This document shows positions 30,608-32,042 of a DNA stretch of 32,042 nucleotides, one piece after another (the stretch's first letter is position 1; each line of letters begins with the position of its first letter). The notes under the pieces are model-generated. The model saw nothing but the letters and a program-made list of their open reading frames with translations. It had not been told where the DNA came from and searched no databases. The position numbers were made by a program, and so were the translations under genes. The stretch comes from an uncultured Candidatus Peregrinibacteria bacterium (GTDB lineage: Bacteria; Patescibacteriota; Gracilibacteria; Peribacterales; Peribacteraceae). The stretch spans positions 1 through 32,042 of the forward strand of contig CAIJNU010000060.1 of assembly GCA_903822115.1 (NCBI GenBank), read 5' to 3'.

Positions 30608-32042
30608 TTAGGTACTGCTCGAGAGCGGCATCGCATTCTCGTATGAGAATGTAGATCCATCCCCCTGGAAAATCAAAGATTTCGTACAGGAGTCTGACAT
30701 CACTTGCTTCGGACAATTCAGAACAAACATGGACGCGGTATGATTGGCGTACGGACGCTCTTCTTGCACGATAGTGCGGTATGCATCGAGGGGATGCGTC
30801 TTCCCCCTCCAGTAACTTCCAAAGTAATCATTCCCCGTTGCCCCCCACATCCCCAGAAGCTTGCGAGAGGCGATGTCGAATTCGTCGATGCGCGATGTCC
30901 CATTCGGGGATGTAGAACTTCTGCCTTTATTGTCGAAAACGAGGAGCGTCCCTTTTTCCGTGATCGTCGGATCGTGCTGCCGCACGAACGTATTTTGTAA
31001 TACCCATTTCACTTCGGATGTATCCTTATCAAGAAGAATGATGGTATTGATATTTCTCATCGAGATGAGCATGTCGCCGACCTTCCCGTGCGGAAAGTAA
31101 CTCGCCGTTTTCACATCTTTGAGAACCTTGATGCTATTGAGATGCAATGGGTCCGCGCAATTACTGATACTCTTGCGAACGGCATCTCCTCCCTCTTTCA
31201 TGGAAGCGAGAATTGTCAAAAGATCAATGGTCTTGAGGAGCTTCCCCGTTTGCACGTCCAGGAGCGCCACACCTTCAAAATGAGAGTTCGACACGTCGCA
31301 GCTTGCGAACTTGCCGCCAAGCTTCAGGGAAACATTATTGGGAATGCGTACGAATTTCCTCTCGGGCTGATAGATCACGTTGTCAAACGCATCACCCCAA
31401 TGATGCAAATGGTAAGTGGGAATTTCTCTCTCCCATAACTTTCGCAATACATTGTTCTCAATCACCGCCCTGACGAGTCGTTGGGATCCCCAGGGATTCT
31501 GAATATAGATAATGGAATTGTCTGGAAGAACGGTGAGCAAAGACACGTGTTGCTCTGTCAAAGGAGTAAGCGTATTGCCATCGAGTAGCACCAGTCCTTG
31601 CCGGACGAAGGAGATGAGAATCTTTGAGGTAAGGGGGTAATCGAAAAGACGAAGATGTGAGAGCGTACTTTGCAATGCCTGTTTCACAGTTGAATCCAAA
31701 GTTATTTTGCCATTAGAGGCATTGAAGTAATGAATGGGAGTGACATCGCTCTTGAGAAAAACCATGGATCCATCCATCCAGGTATTCACCTGAAACAAAT
31801 TATTCACTGCAATGAAATTGCCGAGGACAAACGGAATAAAAAGAAATACATGCCGTACAAAAAAACGGTTTGCTCTCTTCCATTTGGTTGTCTTGATCTT
31901 GTGGTAGGTAAAATAGAGCGAAATCGAGAGAAGCACTATCAGAAGAAACAAAATGGCATTGCGATAATCTCCAAGTCTCCCCAACCACCAACCGGCATAG
32001 GCAGTGATGACTGAAAGCGAGAAAATGAACCAGATTCTGAAA
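30608..32042 (-). CDS. arylsulfotransferase (ASST)-like protein with N-terminal membrane helices, partial (runs off right edge)
   Basis: HHWGDAF...DPLHLNSIKVL...GDMLISMRNINTIILLDKDTSEVKWVL resembles the ASST beta-propeller family. The track start (TTG at 31984) is probably not real. The frame stays open to 32042 and encodes further hydrophobic sequence (FRIWFIFSLSVITAYAGWWLG...). GC samples are 32-45%. Confidence 0.55.
   Translation of the reverse strand, partial: FRIWFIFSLSVITAYAGWWLGRLGDYRNAILFLLIVLLSISLYFTYHKIKTTKWKRANRFFVRHVFLFIPFVLGNFIAVNNLFQVNTWMDGSMVFLKSDVTPIHYFNASNGKITLDSTVKQALQSTLSHLRLFDYPLTSKILISFVRQGLVLLDGNTLTPLTEQHVSLLTVLPDNSIIYIQNPWGSQRLVRAVIENNVLRKLWEREIPTYHLHHWGDAFDNVIYQPERKFVRIPNNVSLKLGGKFASCDVSNSHFEGVALLDVQTGKLLKTIDLLTILASMKEGGDAVRKSISNCADPLHLNSIKVLKDVKTASYFPHGKVGDMLISMRNINTIILLDKDTSEVKWVLQNTFVRQHDPTITEKGTLLVFDNKGRSSTSPNGTSRIDEFDIASRKLLGMWGATGNDYFGSYWRGKTHPLDAYRTIVQEERPYANHTASMFVLNCPKQVMSDSCTKSLIFQGDGSTFSYENAMPLSSST

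Noticed and set aside
30600-30716. 39-codon N-terminal extension of the sulfotransferase ORF, overlapping the ASST-like gene by 109 nt.
   Set aside because: An overlap of that length is unlikely. The internal ATG at 30599 lies just past the upstream stop and has a TAACTT box 5 nt upstream.
1-32042. CRISPR arrays, rRNA genes, transposase/IS elements and reverse-transcriptase/DGR modules.
   Set aside because: I saw no regularly spaced direct repeats, no rRNA-like conserved blocks, and no DDE-transposase or RT motifs in any long ORF. This is eyeball-level only and a repeat finder should confirm it.
1-32042. Alternative genetic code, such as UGA recoded as in some small-genome lineages.
   Set aside because: Long conserved genes (argS, metG, fmt, virB4) are uninterrupted under the standard code. 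TGA also terminates genes at sensible positions, for example 5490-5492, 9417-9419 and 23627-23629.

Overview
This is a chromosomal window from a compact bacterial genome. Hand counts of 60-nt samples give about 52-58% GC for the backbone. The standard code applies, since TGA is used as a stop. Genes are tightly packed and often overlap.

Layout, left to right:
- 1 to ~3985: a lower-GC island (samples 32-47% GC). It carries a large serine recombinase, a coupled pair of cupin and standalone PheRS-beta B3/4-like genes, and hypotheticals. Its right edge coincides with a 5'-truncated Ig-like/MBG surface-protein gene.
- A terminator-bracketed envelope operon: alpha/beta hydrolase, a MurF-like ligase whose N-terminal domain is replaced by about 6 TM helices, a DegT-type aminotransferase, a FemAB-family transferase and a small TM protein. 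It faces a lipoprotein with two SH3b domains and a polysaccharide deacetylase domain.
- argS, then a lipoprotein plus VirB4-like ATPase pair.
- An nrnA-like DHH gene, rbfA, fmt, a PUR-alpha-like gene and metG.
- Three tandem VirB2/TrbC-like pilin genes, one of them a fused double pilin.
- tRNA-Gly(GCC), a GIY-YIG gene, an inositol-monophosphatase-family gene and tRNA-Gly(CCC).
- An Ig-repeat surface protein, an SPFH/stomatin gene, a low-GC Myb/SANT-like ORF, an alpha/beta hydrolase and a small hypothetical.
- A right-end cluster of GT-C glycosyltransferase, PAPS-type sulfotransferase and a membrane-anchored arylsulfotransferase-like gene that runs off the window.

Most notable observations:
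1. The membrane-anchored Mur-ligase / FemAB / DegT cluster.
2. A split, orphan VirB4 plus pilin apparatus embedded among translation genes.
3. The sulfation cluster.
4. A TAnnnT box 5-8 nt upstream of at least 17 start codons with no Shine-Dalgarno, which suggests leaderless-type initiation. I also used this motif to refine several start codons.

I saw no CRISPR array, rRNA or transposase. All family assignments rest on motifs read by eye, not on database searches.
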